Shown: one piece after another, positions 49,554-62,760 of the stretch
Layout: each line of letters starts with the position of its first letter
How positions within the stretch are numbered: the first letter of the stretch is position 1
Assembly: GCF_001194135.2 (NCBI RefSeq)
Contig: NC_068981.1
Location: 120,740,407-120,804,406 of the forward strand
DNA from: Octopus bimaculoides
Lineage: Eukaryota
Length of the DNA: 64,000 bases
Reading direction: 5' to 3'
Translations under genes and position numbers: made by a program
The notes under the pieces: generated by a model
What the model was told of the DNA's origin: nothing
The model's input: the letters and a program-made list of their open reading frames with translations, nothing else
The model's database searches: none

Positions 49554-50583
49554 TAACTACTTGATAAATTCTTATAAAGATTTTATCCTATATATATATA
49601 TATATAAAGCTGTTTAATTCATAATCCTATAATTGATCAGTAGGAAAGATATTTTTTTTAATGTCCTTTTGTGTTACTGAAATCTTTTAGTGTTTCCAGT
49701 TTGTTTTGAACTTGAAAGTCACAAGAAGGTGTTTCATGCTTTGTGAGTATGATGCTACATGGTAGTGAGACATGGTCACTGAATGCTGAACATCTACTGG
49801 CATAGGGAAAGGATTGCATTTATTTACACCTATTGTATGTTTGATGTTAATCTGCATGAAAGGTGGAGCACAAGTGGATGAAAAGGGTAAATTGACCATT
49901 AAAAATATCAACTGATTTCTGCAGGTGAACTAACTCTGTCTGTGTGTGTGTTTGTGTGTGTGTATGATAATATGATGTGAATGTATAATGAATGCAGAGT
50001 AATAAAATATTGCATTATACCAGTAAAGGGTGCTGCTGAAAGATGCAGATCAAAGACAACCTTAGAACAGTTGGTGAGATCATATCATAATGCTGATACT
50101 CACAGATGAGCTGATGAAAGACAAAGATTGGTTGGTGATATACAGTATGGGAGAGCCATAAAATTTATGTCAAACACTAACATTATGCTGCTGTTGATGA
50201 TGGCAGTGGCAGTAGAGGCAGTGAAAGTACATTTGTGAAATGATGCTATTCAAAATCCAAATTGTGATTGAAACCATGGTTAGCTCAGTTGTACTACTAA
50301 CCATTTTTAACGGTCACTATTGCTACTGTTAAGAAGGAATGTCAATTAACGAACGAAAAAGAAAACACACTTAAAACAACTTCTGTTGTAGTCACAGGAA
50401 TTCAGTCAGTAAAGAGTTTCATACATTATTAAAAATTTAAAACACCTGACAAACAGAGAATTTCTTTTGAGTGGGAATAAAATTTATATCAGGAGTTCCT
50501 CACTTTTCATGTGTGTATATGTGCATGTACCTAAGAGTGGACAAATGAAAGAAAAGGGCATATATATATATATATATATATAA

Positions 50584-50620
<37 letters not shown>

Positions 50621-50630
50621 TACATATATA

Positions 50631-50795
50631 TAGGCGCAGGGGTGGCTGTGTGGTAAGAAGCTTGCTTCTCAACCACATGGTTCTGGGTTAAGTCCCACTG
50701 CGTGGCACCTTGGGCCGGTGTCATCTACTATAGCCTTGGGCTGACCAAAGCCTTGTGAGTTGATTTGGTAGACAGAAAATGAAAGAAGCCTGTCG

Positions 50796-50872
<77 letters not shown>

Positions 50873-51190
50873 GTATATATATATATATACACACGTATAT
50901 ATATATGTGTATGTGTGTGTATATGTTTTGTGTGTCTGTATTTGTCCCCACAACATCACTTGACAACCAATGCTGGTGTGTTTATGTCCCCATAATTTAG
51001 TGGTTCGGCAAAAGAAACTGATAGAATAAGTACTNNNNNNNNNNCCCATAATTTAGTGGTTCGGCAAAAGAAACTGATAGAATAAGTACTAGGCTTACAA
51101 AGAATAAGTTCTGGGGTTGATTTGCTCGACTAAAGACACTACTCCAGCATGGCCACAGTCAAATGACTGAAACAAGTAAAAGAATAAGAG
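50631..51190 (+). mobile_element. SINE family A, full length (assembly overlap duplicated around the 10-N gap at 51035)
   Basis: Head TAGGCGCAGGGGTGGCTGTGTGG, tail GACTGAAACAAGTAAAAGAATAAGAG. Confidence 0.9.
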
Positions 51191-51196
51191 ACTATA

Positions 51197-51505
51197 TCTA
51201 TATATATAAAACTGACAATGTGTCTGTCTGTCTGTCTGCATCACTAAAATTTGAGAACTACCCAACCAATTTCTTTCAAATTTTACACACGCCTTACTTA
51301 ATGTCCATGTAGTGTCATGGGTCTAAAACAATTTCATCTTCTTGCCTAATGTGAGCCTGGAGCAATCTCATCTCTTACACTATTTCAGTATTGTGTCAAA
51401 AGTGAAGCAATAGCATCTCTATTGTAATGTGAGATGATACTTTTACTATTATATACTTTCACTATTAATTCTGAAACTATTATCTCGCATGCGCGCGCGC
51501 GCACG

Positions 51506-51536
<31 letters not shown>

Positions 51537-51562
51537 ACGCACAAGCACACACACACGCACAT

Positions 51563-51597
<35 letters not shown>

Positions 51598-51839
51598 TGT
51601 GGTTGTACCCCCACAATCGCTTGTCAACCAATGCTGGTGTGTTTACGTCCCTGTAACTTAGCTGTTTGGCAAAACACTCCAGTAGAATAAGTACTAGGCT
51701 TACAAAGAATAAATCCTGGGGTCGATATCTTTGAGTAAAGGAGGTTCTGCAGCATGTTTACAATCACATGACTGAAACAAGTAAAACAATAAAAAACAAT
51801 GCCATTTTAATACCGAGCAATGCTGGGTATCTCTGCTAG
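51197..51839 (+). mobile_element. Non-autonomous Helitron with a nested SINE A 3' half (about 51595-51790)
   Basis: A|TCTATATATATAAAACT..GTGTCTGTCTGTCTG 5' end; CCGAGCAATGCTGGGTATCTCTG-CTAG|T 3' end; A|T insertion site. Confidence 0.65.
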
Positions 51840-52579
51840 TATATATATATATATATATATATATAAAAAGTAGAGTCAACAAGAAGGAGTACAGTTAGAC
51901 AACTATTTAATAAACACTACAGATGTTTTGATACAACATAGATCCACATATACAGAAGATTTAAATTAAGCAATGGCTTACCTGTATAATTGTTTCCACT
52001 GGTATCTCATCAGGTGATATACGATTGCTAACTCACCCAACTGGCTCGTTCGAATCTAGTAGATGCTGGCAGTTCCATTCTGCTTGCTGTCAGCATGCCT
52101 CTGCACACTCGACATGAGCGACTTTGGATATACTGGCTGTCCACTTTGTTTCACATTTTAGGTTGCACATGCTAAATTTTATTATTTCGCAAATACACTC
52201 ACACATACCCACATACATATACAAACAACTACATCTCTGGGCATCCACACACACACACATATGCACACCTACATGCACACACAGACATACACAGATCAAC
52301 AGACACATTCACACTCATTCATACATACATGCACATACATTTATCTACCCATATGCATGCATATAGGTATATCCTTGGGCACTCCATCATATATACACAC
52401 ACATATACAGACGGAAAGGATTGGTGTGTGAAACAGAATAATAATTATTATTTCTATACTCTGTCCCATCTTGAAAATGCATATTTAGCATGGTGGTTAC
52501 ACCTTGGAATTTTCTCATCATGCTTGTTTATCAGGTTCTCATTAGTCAGCAGTACACTCAATGCTTCCTCAAGGCAAAG

Positions 52580-52972
52580 GTCACATTTGTTGGATAGTAA
52601 ACCACATGGGCATGAATTTTTTTATTATTGACCATTTCATTTACAAGCATTTCTTATTATTGACCATATTCATTTTTGAGCTGACCACTCACTGGTCATT
52701 TCCTCAGCCAACCTTTCATTGATATCATGAGCAGTTTCAGCTGCTTTACACCCTCTTTTGAAGTTGAATAGCAAAATTGCTCAAATTTTGCACTTTGACA
52801 GTTCCATTTCAGATGATTGTAAGAATGGTGAAAAAATATCAATGTTAATTTATTGATGCATTTGGGTATGTCTATGTCTGTATTATCAGACAATTGCAAA
52901 AAAATGTTTAAAAAAAATTCAAAACTCTGCAAAAATCCGGTACAAACGCTGCTTACTTTTTACTCAACCTGA
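52580..52972 (-). mobile_element. Mariner (DD34D-type) 5' end: TIR, 5' UTR and transposase N-terminus
   Basis: TA|TCAGGTTGAGTAAAAAGTAAGCAGCGTTT (Hsmar1-like TIR pattern); MELSKCKI*AILLFNFKRGCKAAETAHDINE from about 52808. Confidence 0.75.
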
Positions 52973-53363
52973 TATANNNNNNNNNNNNNNNNNNNNNNNN
53001 NNNNNNNNNNNNNNNNNNNNNNNNNNNNNNNNNNNNNNNNNNNNNNNNNNNNNNNNNNNNNNNNNNNNNNNNNNNNNNNNNNNNNNNNNNNNNNNNNNNN
53101 NNNNNNNNNNNNNNNNNNNNNNNNNNNNNNNNNNNNNNNNNNNNNNNNNNNNNNNNNNNNNNNNNNNNNNNNNNNNNNNNNNNNNNNNNNNNNNNNNNNN
53201 NNNNNNNNNNNNNNNNNNNNNNNNNNNNNNNNNNNNNNNNNNNNNNNNNNNNNNNNNNNNNNNNNNNNNNNNNNNNNNNNNNNNNNNNNNNNNNNNNNNN
53301 NNNNNNNNNNNNNNNNNNNNNNNNNNNNNNNNNNNNNNNNNNNNNNNNNNNNNNNNNNNNNNN

Positions 53364-53656
53364 ATGTGCCTATATGCATATGCTCACTCACACTCACATG
53401 AAACATACATGCACACCCACACATATGCCTATATATGCACATATATATTCAACCATGGATGTACATGTATACATATCCACACACACGCGTGCACATACCC
53501 ATACATGCACAACTATATTCAAATACATGTCTAAAATACGCACATGCTATATATGCACATGCTCACTCACACTCGTGTGAAACATGCATGTACACCCACA
53601 TATATATGCGACCATACACATGTACATGTACATATACATGTACATATATACATACT

Positions 53657-53696
<40 letters not shown>

Positions 53697-54346
53697 TATA
53701 TGCCCCTACACACACAAAAAAATTCATATACACGTCTAATATGCACATGCCCAAGAAAAATGCTGGGTGAAAGGTAAAATACAGAAAAGAATGTGTAAAA
53801 TATATAAAGCAATTAAAATATAAAAATATATCTATAAATATGTAAAAACTTAAGTAAAAATTATATAAAAATATGTAAAAATATGTAAAAAATATGTAAA
53901 AAATATATACACGTAAAAATATGTAAAAAATGCGTTTTGAACTATGAAGAATTTGTACCGGATTTTTGCAGAGTTTTGAATTTTTTAAAACATTTTTTTG
54001 CAATTGTCGGATAATACAGATATAGACATGCCCAAACGCATATATTTTTTACGTATATTTTACATATTTATAGATATATTTTCATATTTTTATTCCTTTA
54101 TATATTTTTACACATTTTTTTCTGCATTTTACCTTTCACTCTGCATTTTTCTTGTACATGTGCATATGTAGACATGTATATGAACCTTTTGTGCACATAG
54201 GGGTATATACACGTGTGTATGGTTGCATAGATATGTGGGTGTACATGCATGTCTTTCACGTGAGTGTGAGTGAGCATATCCATATACAGCATGTGTGTAT
54301 TTTAGACGTGTATTTGAATATAATTGTGTGCATATGGGTATGTGCA

Positions 54347-54378
<32 letters not shown>

Positions 54379-54505
54379 CGCGTGTGTATGTGTATGGATA
54401 TGTATACGTGTACATGCATGGTTGCATATATAGGCGTATGTTTGGGTGTGCGTGTATGTGTTTCACGTGAGTTTGAGTGAGCATATACATACAGGCACAT
54501 GTACG
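53364..54505. repeat. Imperfect inverted repeat with arms of about 500 bp (53364-53870 and 54045-54505)
   Basis: For example 53491-53548 aligns with the reverse complement of 54288-54346; spacer contains an inverted copy of 52857-52945. Confidence 0.8.
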
Positions 54506-54816
54506 TGGGTGTGCCTGAGTGCATGTGTATGTATGTACATGCATACGTGATTTCTATGAGCGTTTTTACTTATTTCCTTTTTTACTTTCTCCCCTTCGGT
54601 TTTTTTCCCCTTATTTAACGGTAATACTAATTGCTCTTTTGTCTTAATAACAGTCAATTACATAGAAATTTCCCTTTGTTTAACGGTCATTTTCATAGCA
54701 TTTTTTGATTGCCTCGATAACTGACAAGATGCAGGAGCAGTTTTCTGCCCTGACATCCAAAACTTATGACATCCGAAAAATTATGGCGACTGAATAATTG
54801 TCACATATTATATTAC

Positions 54817-54861
<45 letters not shown>

Positions 54862-54902
54862 AGTAAATGGTGGAGTTGTGTTAACCGTATGTGGAGAAAT
54901 AA

Positions 54903-55676
54903 TAGGAAAATAAATAATAATAATAATAATAATAATAAGGCAGAATGCTAAACTGAAAGCATATTTTAATATAGATGTGCATAAGGAGGATTAAAAAGGA
55001 TTTCTAACCGGCTTTCATTGCTTGGCAAATTTTCAAGAAGAGGGGAAATAAAAATAATGTTTTTTACAAAAATATTAAAAATATATAAAAAAATAAATAT
55101 ACCAATACATTATATTGTCTTTGAGTTTTTAAAGTTCAATGGTAATCCATGTAGATAATTGTTAGATAGATTAGGATGCATGGAATTGAGAATCGTGTCG
55201 TGTTTAAAAAAAGGCTGAGAGTTTATGTGTTAAACAGGAAATGTGGTATCAAAACAGGAAGTGTATGTAAAGGAAGACAATTCTGTGGGTTTTATACTCT
55301 TTAGTTGGAGTTCTTGACTCTGTTTTGTCTTACACACACTTCCTTTTTTGACACCACACTTCCTGTTTAACACATAAACTCTCAGCCTTTTTTTAAACAC
55401 ATGATTCTCAATTCCATGCATCCTAATCTATCTAACAATTATCTACATGGATTACCATTGAACTTTAAAAACTCAAAGACAATATAATGTATTGGTATAT
55501 TTATTTTTTAATATATTTTTTATATTTTTGTAAAAAACATTATTTTCTTTTCCCCTTTTGAAAATTTGCCATGCAATGAAAACCTTTTTAATCCTCCTTA
55601 TGCATATCTATATTAAAATATGCTTTCAGTTTAGCATTCTGCCTTATTATTATTATTATTAGTTTTTTCATTTTCC

Positions 55677-55678
<2 letters not shown>
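54903..55678. repeat. Fold-back element: inverted arms of about 375 bp with a spacer of about 45 bp
   Basis: 55099-55194 is the exact reverse complement of 55403-55498 (96 nt); arms run out to TAGGAAAAT / ATTTTCCTA; (TA)n runs on both sides. Confidence 0.95.
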
Positions 55679-55710
<32 letters not shown>

Positions 55711-56556
55711 CAAAATAAGCAACAGTAGTTATGCAGTATGACTGTTTCAAGCGGCTCCATTTAATTGCACAATGCAATCATTACATCAGTTTAAAAGTAG
55801 TGCCATTTTCAGCTGCACAAATGAATAAATAGAATTTTAACCAGTCAGACACATTAATATAATTGTTCTCAAATACTTTAACAGAGCAAGAAGATGGAAG
55901 AAATTAATGTTGTCACTATTGTAGCTAAGAATAGACTACACTAGAGTACACTTCCGAGAATTGCATGAAGCCCATTGGGTCATAGCTTGTGAAGGATTGT
56001 AATTTATTTCTAATTCATTTATCTCTTTATCAACTACTAAATCTAAGACTAGAAGACGTGTCTGTTTTGAATAAAGGGCAAGAGTAAGTTGACAGCTCAT
56101 GGCTAGGTATGGTCATAAGTATTGTCATATGTATCCCTTTTTTGTAGGGAGGAAAGAAGACATTAGGAGTAGTCAATTGGATATAAAGTAACTGTCTATA
56201 AAAAGAGACTGGGTAGGGGAAGACTTTAAATCATGATGTTAATTACCAGTTAAAGGAGCAAGATGCTTAGAAACCTAGGATGTTAAAAAAGGGGAAATTT
56301 TATCTTAGGGCACTATAGGTGATTCTTTATAAACAATACTGTTATGTTGTGTAAAAATAAAATTTAAGATTTTCAAAAATGATATCATAACCAAAATAAG
56401 TAAAATGTGTGTATATATCAATTATAAATATTAAAAAGGAAAAATTACATAGAATCAGTTTAATATTCATTCATGAACTTAATTATTTATCAGGTGATTT
56501 CTATAAAGACTGCTCAGGGCATTTACTTATGGAATAACTGGAAAGATGAGCATGCT

Positions 56557-57335
56557 ATCATCATCATCATCATCATCGTTTAACGTCCGCTTTCCATGCT
56601 AGCATGGGTTGGACGATTTGACTGAGGACTGGTGCAACCGGATGGCTACACCAGGCTCCAATCTAATTTGGCAGAGTTTCTACAGCTGGATGCCCTTCCT
56701 AACGCCAACCACTCAGAGAGTGTAGTGGGTGCTTTTACGTGTCACCCGCACGAAAACGGCCACGCTCGAAATAGTGTCTTTTATGTGCCACCCGCACAAG
56801 AGCCAGTCCAGGGGCACTAGCAACGATCTCGCTCGAAAACCCTACAAGGCCAGTCAGGCGGTACTGGCAATGGTCACGCTCAGGTTGGTNNNNNNNNNNN
56901 NNNNNNNNNNNNNNNNNNNNNNNNNNNNNNNNNNNNNNNNNNNNNNNNNNNNNNNNNNNNNNNNNNNNNNNNNNNNNNNNNCAGTAGTCATCACCTCGGT
57001 GAGGCTCAATGTTCGAAGGTCTTGCCTCACCACCTCAGCCCAGGTCTTCCTGGGCCTACCTCTTCCACGGGTTCCCTCAACTGTCAGGGAGTGGCACTTT
57101 TTCACGCAGCTATCCTCATTCATTCTCACCACATGTCCAAACCAGCGCAATCGTCTCTCTTGCACACCACTACTGATGCTTCTTATGTTCAGCTTTTCTC
57201 TCAAGATACTTACACTCTGACGGGTATGCACATTTACATTACACATCCAGCGGAGCATACTGGCTTCATTCCTTGCGAGCTTACGCATGTCCTCAGCAGT
57301 CACAGCCCATGTTTCACTGCCATGTAGCATGGCTA
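56557..57335 (-). mobile_element. RTE LINE 3' end with ORF C-terminus (gap inside)
   Basis: MLHGSETW..RNEASMLRWMC..RRLRWFGHVVRM..GRGRPRKTW; 3' UTR and (CAT)n tail. Confidence 0.92.
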
Positions 57336-57589
57336 TCTATATATTAATTTTAAGCCATGAATCAGAAAAGAAAAATAAATAAATAACGATGTGTACAGAT
57401 ACATACACATATTTATATATGTGCACACATGCACATATACACATACACAAATATTTATACATTTATATGGATATAGTATAACCGTCTTGCAAAGACTTAA
57501 GTAACTGATTATGCCACCTTCTAATGATAATAAAAATACTGATAGTATAGCCATACCTAATAACCAAGTTGTGAGTTTGGAAGGCATTG

Positions 57590-57830
57590 AAAGAGTAGGT
57601 AGATTCCACCCTTACATACATAAGAAGTCTGAAAATAATGATTTTGTCTGGTATAATGTTCCCTTCAGCTGTGCCATGTCCACCAACATATATATGAAAT
57701 TTATGGTAATTTTAGAAAAAAACTTCCCTGCTTCCCATAGATATAATAGAATATTTTCTCATAAGACAGTTAGAATCTCGTATTCTACCCTCCCCAATAT
57801 AGGTACCATCATAGCCAGGTTAAATAGAAA
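57590..57830 (+). mobile_element. Penelope-like element fragment (post-thumb domain)
   Basis: FVWYNVPFS..F..ILEKNFPASHRYNRIFSHKTVRISYSTLPNIGTII, homologous to 30145-30310. Confidence 0.75.
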
Positions 57831-59284
57831 GAATATAAAATTGACAAGAGGAGTTAATAACAATATTATTGTCAACACTAGTTTAAACCCCTACAATGAG
57901 AATAATATTAATGGTGATGTAGGAATTAGAAACAGCACTACTAACACATCTAATATGTACAATATAGACTGTGAGGAAAGGGGGGATGGGAGAGAGAAGA
58001 GAGAGAAAGAAAGAGAGAGACTGAGTTAAAGTATAATTAATGATTAATGAAATCCAACTCAGCTGGTTTGATGTTGGCTCAACTATTAAGTTCTTAGTAT
58101 GTTTGTATAATTAATTATCTGTTCTGTTGTTTAAGGCTCTAAGTTTTAATCCTGTCATACACGACTTCATTTTACTACTGTGCATCATTAATAATGTAGC
58201 TGATCAATGTAAAAGGAGAAGCATTTTTGTGTTTCCTGTAAAGAGACCAAATTGCTGGAACTTAGGTGACCAGAGGTATTTGTCACTATATTGTCAGTTC
58301 TGTTATCGTCATAGATGTGTTGTGATATGCATGCTTTTCCAAATGATGTTAAGAATGTAATTTAATTAGCAATAAATATAGTGCATCACAAATGAATGGT
58401 CCTGATTTAAATCCCACTCTTTGGATATATATATATACATTTATTTCTATCTGTTTGTCTGTCTGTCTGTGTATATATGTATGTATATGTATGAAAAAGA
58501 ACCCTGGAGAAGGTTGCAATATTTGACAAACAAAACTTTTATTCTTTTTGTACATTAAAAACAAATACAATCATTATTATGAATGACAAAAACGTTGAGA
58601 GAGTTTGAATGTCATTGTTCTTGGTGTAATTGTAAATAGCTGTCAAAAAGTTAGTGGCTGGTTGTGTTGCTGATCGTTCATGGTGGTGATTGTCAGCACA
58701 TGTCTGTATCTATTTGCTGTCCGTTTTCCATTTCATCTATGCTCTCTCTCATTACTCCCTTTGCTACATCCCAAAGCTTTCTGTCAAGTAGACAAGGTGT
58801 GGGAATTTATACTGATGGTTAGGATCAGAAAGAAGCACAGTAAAAAATTAAATCTTTACTGGAGCCTGTTCCATGCAAAGTCGTGATTGGTCAGATTTTG
58901 TTGATCACATGCGAATTGCAACATCAGGTGATTGCTGAATATTCCAGCTACATATAATCTGTTATCATAATCTTCATGTTGATTAAAACCTTTCAAGTGA
59001 AATTTGTAAGGTTGAAACTGTGTCAAAAGCCCATAGTAGATATATATTGAAATTTGTGTGTGTGGTGTAAGCCTGTGTAATTTATATGTTGTATCAAAGT
59101 CTATAAAAAAAAACCTCTCTAAAGGGACATAGCTCTAGTAAATCTAGAGCTGATTAATGAACTACAATAAAATAAGGAGACAGCTGGTGCTCATGCATAC
59201 CTGTAGTCTCAAGACCAAAATTAGTAAAAGAGTAGACCAGTCAGTCACATATGGATCTGAAATTTGAAGAATCAAAATTGTGAT

Positions 59285-59545
59285 TTTTTTTTTTTACAAC
59301 ATAATTGAGATCCTAAAACTAAGGTGTCACAAAAAAGCATTGGTGTGTGTGCTGGTGCCATGTAAAAAGCACTCAATACACTCTGTTAGTATTAGGAAGG
59401 GCATCCAGCTGTAAAATCAAGCCAGAATAAACTACAGAACCTGGTGTGGCCCCTGGCCTTGCCAGTTACTGTCAAGTTGTCTAACCCATGCCAGCATGTA
59501 AAAAAGGACATTAAATGTTGATGATGTTGAATATAATAATGATGA
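59285..59545 (+). mobile_element. RTE 3' UTR fragment
   Basis: ATTAGGAAGGGCATCCAGCTGTAAAATC...CCATGCCAGCATG. Confidence 0.7.
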
Positions 59546-59818
59546 TGATTTCCTGCTTTATAATCACAACACCTGATTGACATCTTAACAATGTCTTTAT
59601 GTTGAACTCGTCTAGTATTAAATATTTGATTAACTACTTTTGTGTCATAGGCTCACTCAGTTGGATCCTAATTGATTTACCGAATCACAGTAGCATCCCA
59701 AATATTATATGATTGCATAGTTGATCAGGTCTTAGCATTGAAGCAATAGATCTATTTCATGTACATAAGTATTCAAACAGTTTGAGGTAAACTTGAGCTT
59801 TCTAAAAAGACTTTTCAT

Positions 59819-60185
59819 TATAGGTACAGGTGTGGCTGTGTGGTAAGAATCTTGCTTTCCAAACCACATGGTTCCAGGTTCAGTTTCACTGTGTGACACT
59901 TTGGATGAGTGTCTTCTACTCTAGCCTCAGGTGGACCAAAGCTTTGTGAGTGGATTTGATAGTAGGAAACCAAAAGAAGCCCATTGTGTGTGTCTGTGTC
60001 TTTGTGTCTGTGTTTGTCACCTACCATTGCTTGACAACCAGTGTTGGTGTGTTTATGTCCTTCTAGTTTAGCGTTTCAAGAAAAGAAACCAATGGAATAA
60101 ATACCAGACTTAAAAAACAATTCTTCAAGGCAGTGCCCCAGCATAGCTGCTGTCTAATGATTGAAACAAATAAATGATAAAAGAC
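59819..60185 (+). mobile_element. SINE family A, full length, older
   Basis: ATAGGTACAGGTGTGGCTGTGTGGTAAG head; GATTGAAACAAATAAATGATAAAAG tail. Confidence 0.8.
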
Positions 60186-60848
60186 TGAAGGTTGGTTTAT
60201 TTGATGGTGGGAGAACAGTACCCATGGCACTATTCATTTCATGGTGATAATATAAAGGAAAGAGAAAACTGCAATCATAGGTTGCTATAGTAGGAAGCAG
60301 CAATTAAGTCATTCCTTTACTTTCAGAGCAGAGACCTAGTCTCAATCCTTGCAATATACTAAATTTTCTTAAAGGTATCTGAGGTTTAAGAAGTGGTGTT
60401 GAATGAGACATTGTGTTTACCATCCATGTGTATGTACAGTCTATTTACTTCCAAACAATTTCTGTCTGTTTAGTTCATTCATAAGACTTGGATCAACAGT
60501 GCCACACTGCTGAATTGAACCCAGAATCAATGTGATTGCAAAGTAAGATTCTTATCTTGGTTGCAGGTCTCAAAACATACGATCCAAAATAGTTGTTACT
60601 TATTTGAATAAACTGAATAACCGTATTTATTACTAATTTCTACAAGAATGGTGTAATAGGATGGGTTCCATCATAAAGATTTAATATATAACAAGGTTAA
60701 GTCTAGAAGTTTACTTCAATGTTTGTATGGAGTGGTTATATTTTTGGAAAAATTGTTTGTTTTTAAGGTGTCAGAGTTTTCATATACCTGCAAACTAGTC
60801 ACTGACTCAGTTCCACTGCAACTGTTTGAAATTTACTAAATGTCAAGT

Positions 60849-61475
60849 TCATCATCGTCATCATCATCAACATTTATGTCTGTTTTCCATGCTGGCATGG
60901 GTTGAATGGCTTGACAGGAACATGCAAGGCCAGGGGCTGCACCAGGTTCCATATTCTGTTTTGGTTTGGTTTCTATGGCATGACACCCTTCCTAATGCCA
61001 ACCATTCCACAGAGTGTACTGGATGCTTTTTCACATGGCAACACCACCAGTGTTCTTTATGTGGAACCAGTGATTTTTACATGACACCAGCACCCACACA
61101 AATGCTTTTTACATGGCACCTTGGTTTTAGGATCTCTGATTTTAGGATTCTTTTGTGGTGGGTGAGTCTTCTCAAGTGCAGCAGTACACCACATATCTCG
61201 GTCCTCTGTCATCTTCTTCACAAGATTTAGCATTTTGAGATTGGCTTTCAATACTTCATTCCATGTCTTCCTAGGTCTCCCTCTTCCAGAACTTCCCTCC
61301 ACTTTAAGTGATCGGCACTTGTTTGTGCAACCGTCCTTATACATCCGCATCACATGACCAAACCAGCACAGTTCCCTCTCTTACACACTGCATATAATTC
61401 CACTTATGCCCAACTTCTCTCTCAATACACCAATGCTCTATCACATCATACATACAGCAGAACATACCAGCTTCA
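60849..61475 (-). mobile_element. RTE LINE 3' end, older subfamily
   Basis: WFGHVMRM..KCRSLKVEGSSGRGRPRKTWNEVLKANLKMLNL. Confidence 0.88.
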
Positions 61476-61784
61476 ATTTAAATGATATACTTGAAATGAT
61501 ATAATTCTTTATAACTCACACCTCTTTGAAATGCGGTGCTATGCTTATGTAACTAACCAACATTTATGTTATCGGTTTTTTTTAGATATAATCTTAGGTG
61601 CTTTGAGCATCAATGAGAAAGACTTCTGTCAGGTTTCAGCTAAAAATCCTGACTGCTGCTACCAGAGACTTACTGTTCCAAATTACATCACAATGTAAAT
61701 GTATAAATGTATACTTGTTGCAAACAAAGACAGCAAAACCTCTGTTGGCGGAGGCATACAATTTTGGTTTACATTTTGGGGTGA

Positions 61785-62125
61785 TATGCTGTGCTTGAGA
61801 AGACTTGTCATGATGCTGGTGTCACGTATCTGGCACCCATGCTGGTGCAATGTAAAAAGCACCTTTGAGTGTTGGGCTTCATGGAGGCCATGACAAATGA
61901 CTGTGACCTTTGGCATTATACGGTGCTTGAGAAGAAGACCCATCAAGCCAAGTGAAACCACACTTATGGCAGATACTGGTGTCATGCAAATGGCATTTGT
62001 GCCAGTGGCATGTAAATGCACCCATTACACTCTCGGAGCGGTTGGCATTAAGAAGAGCATCCAGCAGTAGAAACCATGTTAAATCAGACTGGAGTCTGGT
62101 GCAGCCTTCCAGCTTGCCAGCCCTG
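61785..62125 (+). mobile_element. RTE 3' UTR fragment lacking the tail
   Basis: GTTGGCATTAAGAAGAGCATCCAGCAGTAGAAAC...GCAGCCTTCCAGCTTGCCAGCCC. Confidence 0.7.
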
Positions 62126-62206
62126 TGGTAGGAACACACACACACACACTTATAGATACATATTATTGACCACATATATTCAATGAATATGCTTGATGTA
62201 TTTGCT

Positions 62207-62520
62207 GGTAAGCTGCTATTGGCGTGGTGGAGAATATTCTCTCAGAGCACGGGGTGTAAAGACACCTTAGAGTTATGGACAGGCAAGATAACTCACCTTC
62301 ATTCCCATCTAGGAGTGATGGACATTGATGTTTCATCATATGTAAGAAATAAATTCAAATTTAAAATAAAACCAGCATGAGTGTAATAAACATTGTCAAC
62401 CACATGTAAGCTGTTATTGGCATGGTGGAGAATATTCTCTTGAAGCACTGAGTGTAAAAACACCTTAGTCATGGACAGGTGAGATAACTCTCTTTCAATC
62501 CCATCTAGGAGTCATGGACG
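62207..62520. repeat. Two diverged copies of a unit of about 115 bp, spaced about 200 bp apart
   Basis: GTAAGCTGCTATTGGCGTGGTGGAGAATATTCTCTC...CCCATCTAGGAGTGATGGAC at 62207 and 62406. Confidence 0.8.
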
Positions 62521-62652
62521 TTTGTGGATTGGCAAAGTTGTTCATCATTATGCTAAGAAACAATGTAAAACACTGGTTCCCAAACTAACTGCCATGTTAC
62601 CAAACCTATGCAGTATATAAGAACAATGCTTTCAGAACCAGAAATTTTCTGA

Positions 62653-62760
62653 ATGGGGCAACCACAGAAATCTACTCTCTTCAATCTATTCATACTTGAC
62701 TTCCCCATACTTGCATGAAGCATACAGATGCTATACGCAGATGATGTTTCACACCCTTCT
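62653..62760 (+). mobile_element. Non-LTR retrotransposon RT core fragment
   Basis: GQPQKSTLFNLFILDFP..MLYADDV; YADD at 62734-62745. Confidence 0.55.

Noticed and set aside
50989-51090. Exact 46-bp duplication either side of a 10-N gap
   Set aside because: Typical unmerged contig overlap
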